Shown here: piece by piece, positions 61,710 to 64,000 of the stretch
Layout: every line of letters begins with the position of its first letter
Position numbering within the stretch: position 1 is the first letter of the stretch
Assembly (NCBI GenBank): GCA_035292505.1
Contig: DATDQA010000022.1
Location: forward strand, 45,296-109,295
DNA length: 64,000 nt
DNA from: Saprospiraceae bacterium
Lineage (GTDB): Bacteria > Bacteroidota > Bacteroidia > Chitinophagales > Saprospiraceae
Direction: 5' to 3'
Made by a program: the position numbers and the translations under genes
The notes under the pieces: model-generated
Seen by the model: only the letters and a program-made list of their open reading frames with translations
Database searches by the model: none
What the model was told of the DNA's origin: nothing

Positions 61710-62117
61710 TTAATACACATAACACAATAATTCACCTCCCACATTCTGCGTCATTGCCTGCTTGCTTGTCATGACTCCCTTGGAAGTCGACACGATTGCG
61801 ACGCCAAGTCCATTGATGATTCTGGGGAGTTTTTCACAACTGGTATACTTCCGCAATCCAGGCTTACTAATCCGACCCAGCTTACGGATGACGGGCTCCT
61901 TGGTACGTTTATCATATTTCAACGCAATCTGAATCGTTCCCTGCTTCCCGCCTTCTCCTTCGGTAATCTTATATCGATGGATAAATCCCTGTTCATAGAG
62001 AATCTCCGTGATCTTCTTTTTAAGATTTGATACGGGTATTTCTACGACGCGATGACTCGCCATCTGGGCATTACGAATGCGCGTGAGATAATCTGCTATA
62101 GGATCTGTAACCGCCAT
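61710..62117 (-). CDS. rpsH: 30S ribosomal protein S8
   Basis: [46 protein letters not shown]. Confidence 0.95.
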   Translation of the reverse strand: MAVTDPIADYLTRIRNAQMASHRVVEIPVSNLKKKITEILYEQGFIHRYKITEGEGGKQGTIQIALKYDKRTKEPVIRKLGRISKPGLRKYTSCEKLPRIINGLGVAIVSTSKGVMTSKQAMTQNVGGELLCYVY

Positions 62118-62168
62118 GTGTATCCTCCTGTCTCTCTTTTTATTGTGTTAAAATAACCAGATGATGAA

Positions 62169-62438
62169 CTACCAGCTTGCTTTTGTGATACCCGGAATTT
62201 TACCATCGAGTGCCATTTGTCTGAACATATTCCTGCACAATCCAAACTTGCGCATATAGCCCTTAGGGCGACCTGACAATTGGCACCGATTGTGCAGCCG
62301 AATGGCAGAACCATTACGCGGCAGTTTATCCAATTCGTCATATTTCCCTTCCTCTTTCAATTGCTTGCGAAGGGATGCGAATTTATTGACCATTTTCGCA
62401 CGCTTTTTTTCCCGTGCGATGAGTGATTTTTTTGCCAT
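62169..62438 (-). CDS. rpsN: 30S ribosomal protein S14
   Basis: [17 protein letters not shown]...[41 protein letters not shown]. Confidence 0.95.
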   Translation of the reverse strand: MAKKSLIAREKKRAKMVNKFASLRKQLKEEGKYDELDKLPRNGSAIRLHNRCQLSGRPKGYMRKFGLCRNMFRQMALDGKIPGITKASW

Positions 62439-62447
62439 ATCAGTGAC

Positions 62448-63005
62448 TTAATTTCCTCTGTTCATAAAAGGCATTCCAAGCTCTGTCAGCAGTGCCATTG
62501 CTTCTGCATCCGTTTTTGCAGTGGTCACTACCGTAATATCCATTCCTTTGATCTTGGTCACCTTGTCCAGATCTATTTCTGAGAAAATGATCTGTTCGGT
62601 GATACCGCAGGAATAATTTCCTCGTCCATCAAAACCTTTGTCGCTGATGCCTCTGAAGTCGCGTACACGTGGTAAAGCCACAGAAATAAATCTATCGAGA
62701 AACTCATACATCTTTTCCTGGCGCAATGTGACACGGACACCGATGGTCATACCTTCGCGGAGCTTGAAGTTCGAGATAGAAGTTCTGGCTTTGGTTGGTA
62801 CTGCCTTCTGACCAGCAATTTTGGTCAATTCCTGCTGATAGATATCGACCAGTTTTTTATCCTGGGTCGCTTCGCCAAGACCCTGGTTAAGGCATACTTT
62901 GACCACGCGCGGCACTTCCATGACCGAACGATATTGAAATTGCTCCATGAGCTTGGGAACAATTGTTTCCTTGTAATATTTCTGCAGCCTGGGTATATAC
63001 TTCAT
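62448..63005 (-). CDS. rplE: 50S ribosomal protein L5
   Basis: [42 protein letters not shown]...[22 protein letters not shown] at 63005; GTG 63008 would overlap the rplX stop. Confidence 0.95.
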   Translation of the reverse strand: MKYIPRLQKYYKETIVPKLMEQFQYRSVMEVPRVVKVCLNQGLGEATQDKKLVDIYQQELTKIAGQKAVPTKARTSISNFKLREGMTIGVRVTLRQEKMYEFLDRFISVALPRVRDFRGISDKGFDGRGNYSCGITEQIIFSEIDLDKVTKIKGMDITVVTTAKTDAEAMALLTELGMPFMNRGN

Positions 63006-63007
63006 CA

Positions 63008-63358
63008 CTAGATGATTTCTCCTGATGATTTTGCAACACGCACAAGTTTACCATCCACAACTTTCCTGCCGATCCGAGTCGGTTTACCTGATTTCGGTTC
63101 GACAAGCATGAGATTCGACAAATGCACCGGTGCAGAAATTTCTTTGATACCACCGGGATTTTCATTCGTCGGTTTGCGATGTCGTTTGGCGACGCGTACA
63201 TTTTCCACGACAGCCCTGTTCCTGTCTGGAAGCATTTCCAGCACCTCACCGGTCTTCCCTTTATCATCGCCTGAGATAACCATTACCCGATCACCTTTTT
63301 TGATGTGCAACTTTGGTAAGAAACGCTTTTGTTGATCTACTTTTTTCTTCTTTTTCAT
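63008..63358 (-). CDS. rplX: 50S ribosomal protein L24
   Basis: ...[26 protein letters not shown] (KOW motif)... Confidence 0.94.
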   Translation of the reverse strand: MKKKKKVDQQKRFLPKLHIKKGDRVMVISGDDKGKTGEVLEMLPDRNRAVVENVRVAKRHRKPTNENPGGIKEISAPVHLSNLMLVEPKSGKPTRIGRKVVDGKLVRVAKSSGEII

Positions 63359-63370
63359 ATCGTCAAAAAC

Positions 63371-63736
63371 TTAGAGCACTTCCGGCGCCAGTGAAACAAT
63401 ACGCATATAATTCCGCTCTCTTAATTCTCTGGCCACAGGGCCAAAAATCCGAGTACCTCTTGGTTCATCCGTAGCAGTAAGCAATACAACTGCATTATCA
63501 TCGAAGCGGATATAAGATCCGTCGCGTCGCCTGATCTCTTTTGTGGTACGTACCACAACGGCTTTAGAGACGGTACCCTTTTTTAGACCGCCTGGTGTTG
63601 CATCCTTCACAGAGACGACGATCTTGTCGCCGACACTGGCATAGCGTCTTTTGGATCCACCAAGCACACGGATGCAGAGTACTTCTTTGGCACCGCTATT
63701 GTCCGCTACTTTCAACCGTGATTCTTGCTGTATCAT
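63371..63736 (-). CDS. rplN: 50S ribosomal protein L14
   Basis: [44 protein letters not shown]... Confidence 0.96.
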   Translation of the reverse strand: MIQQESRLKVADNSGAKEVLCIRVLGGSKRRYASVGDKIVVSVKDATPGGLKKGTVSKAVVVRTTKEIRRRDGSYIRFDDNAVVLLTATDEPRGTRIFGPVARELRERNYMRIVSLAPEVL

Positions 63737-63762
63737 TTCTCCGGATCGATTTTCAATATCAA

Positions 63763-64000
63763 TTACTTCGCACGCTCGACGACTTCCACAAGTCTCCAGC
63801 GTTTCCGTTTACTCAACGGACGTGTCTCCATGATCCTTACGGTATCACCAATGTTGCAGGCATTATCCTCATCGTGTGCCAGAAACTTTTTGGACTTCTT
63901 CACGAATTTTCCATAAATGGGGTGACGTAAGCGTCTTTCCACACTTACTGTGATTGTCTTTTGCATCTTGTTGCTGGTGACAACACCGACTCTCTGCTTT
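63763..64000 (-). CDS. rpsQ: 30S ribosomal protein S17 (N-terminus runs off the right window edge)
   Basis: The frame stays open upstream of the track ORF: ...[78 protein letters not shown]. Confidence 0.93.
   Translation of the reverse strand, partial: KQRVGVVTSNKMQKTITVSVERRLRHPIYGKFVKKSKKFLAHDEDNACNIGDTVRIMETRPLSKRKRWRLVEVVERAK

Overview
This is a 64-kb chromosomal segment from a Bacteroidota bacterium. The lineage call rests on a fused LpxC-FabZ gene, type IX secretion and gliding genes (gldJ, PorP/SprF-family, porU, porV), TAnnTTTG-type -7 boxes, and an S10/spc/alpha ribosomal cluster with secY-map-infA-rpmJ and no adk.

I can support about 58 protein genes, 2 tRNAs (Ala-GGC and initiator Met-CAT), one RNase P RNA, several rho-independent terminators and three local repeat structures. 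Three features are absent from the ORF track: RNase P RNA on the minus strand (about 45917-46310), rpmJ (38 aa), and an edge-truncated lysS.

Gene order, left to right:
- lysS(partial) | priA | tRNA-Ala | PlsC-type acyltransferase | tRNA-fMet
- polyprenyl-P sugar transferase <- lipoprotein <- Gfo/Idh/MocA oxidoreductase <- small membrane protein <- alaS
- M23 peptidase | MerR | ABC ATPase <- lpxA <- lpxC/fabZ <- lpxD
- M43 metalloprotease | TPR/PMT-like membrane protein | recN | fabI | putative porin | LOG-family | sigma54-type response regulator
- M20 amidohydrolase <- GT2 fusion <- recR
- E2 acyltransferase | OmpA/TSP3 | arginase-fold protein | murF <- gldJ <- PorP/SprF | porU -> porV | rnpB
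- giant histidine kinase | sucD <- ftsB <- eno <- carA <- rplQ ... rpsQ (21 translation/secretion genes)

Assessment: the window is dominated by core housekeeping genes. I see no integrase, transposase, CRISPR array, restriction, toxin-antitoxin or recognisable defence gene, and no clear multi-gene novel system.

The best leads for unexplored biology are modest:
- an arginase-fold protein whose metal-binding motifs all appear substituted;
- a GT2 protein fused to a degenerate WbaP-like phosphoglycosyl-transferase scaffold;
- a tightly packed alaS-linked envelope gene string containing two unassignable proteins;
- an orphan sigma54-type response regulator lacking the HTH, plus an orphan 1111-aa NtrY-like kinase;
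- a 272-bp convergent intergenic region packed with TTACCGT heptamers;
- small duplication relics at tRNA-fMet and at the sucD 3' end.

All functional calls come from motif recognition by eye. No database search was run.
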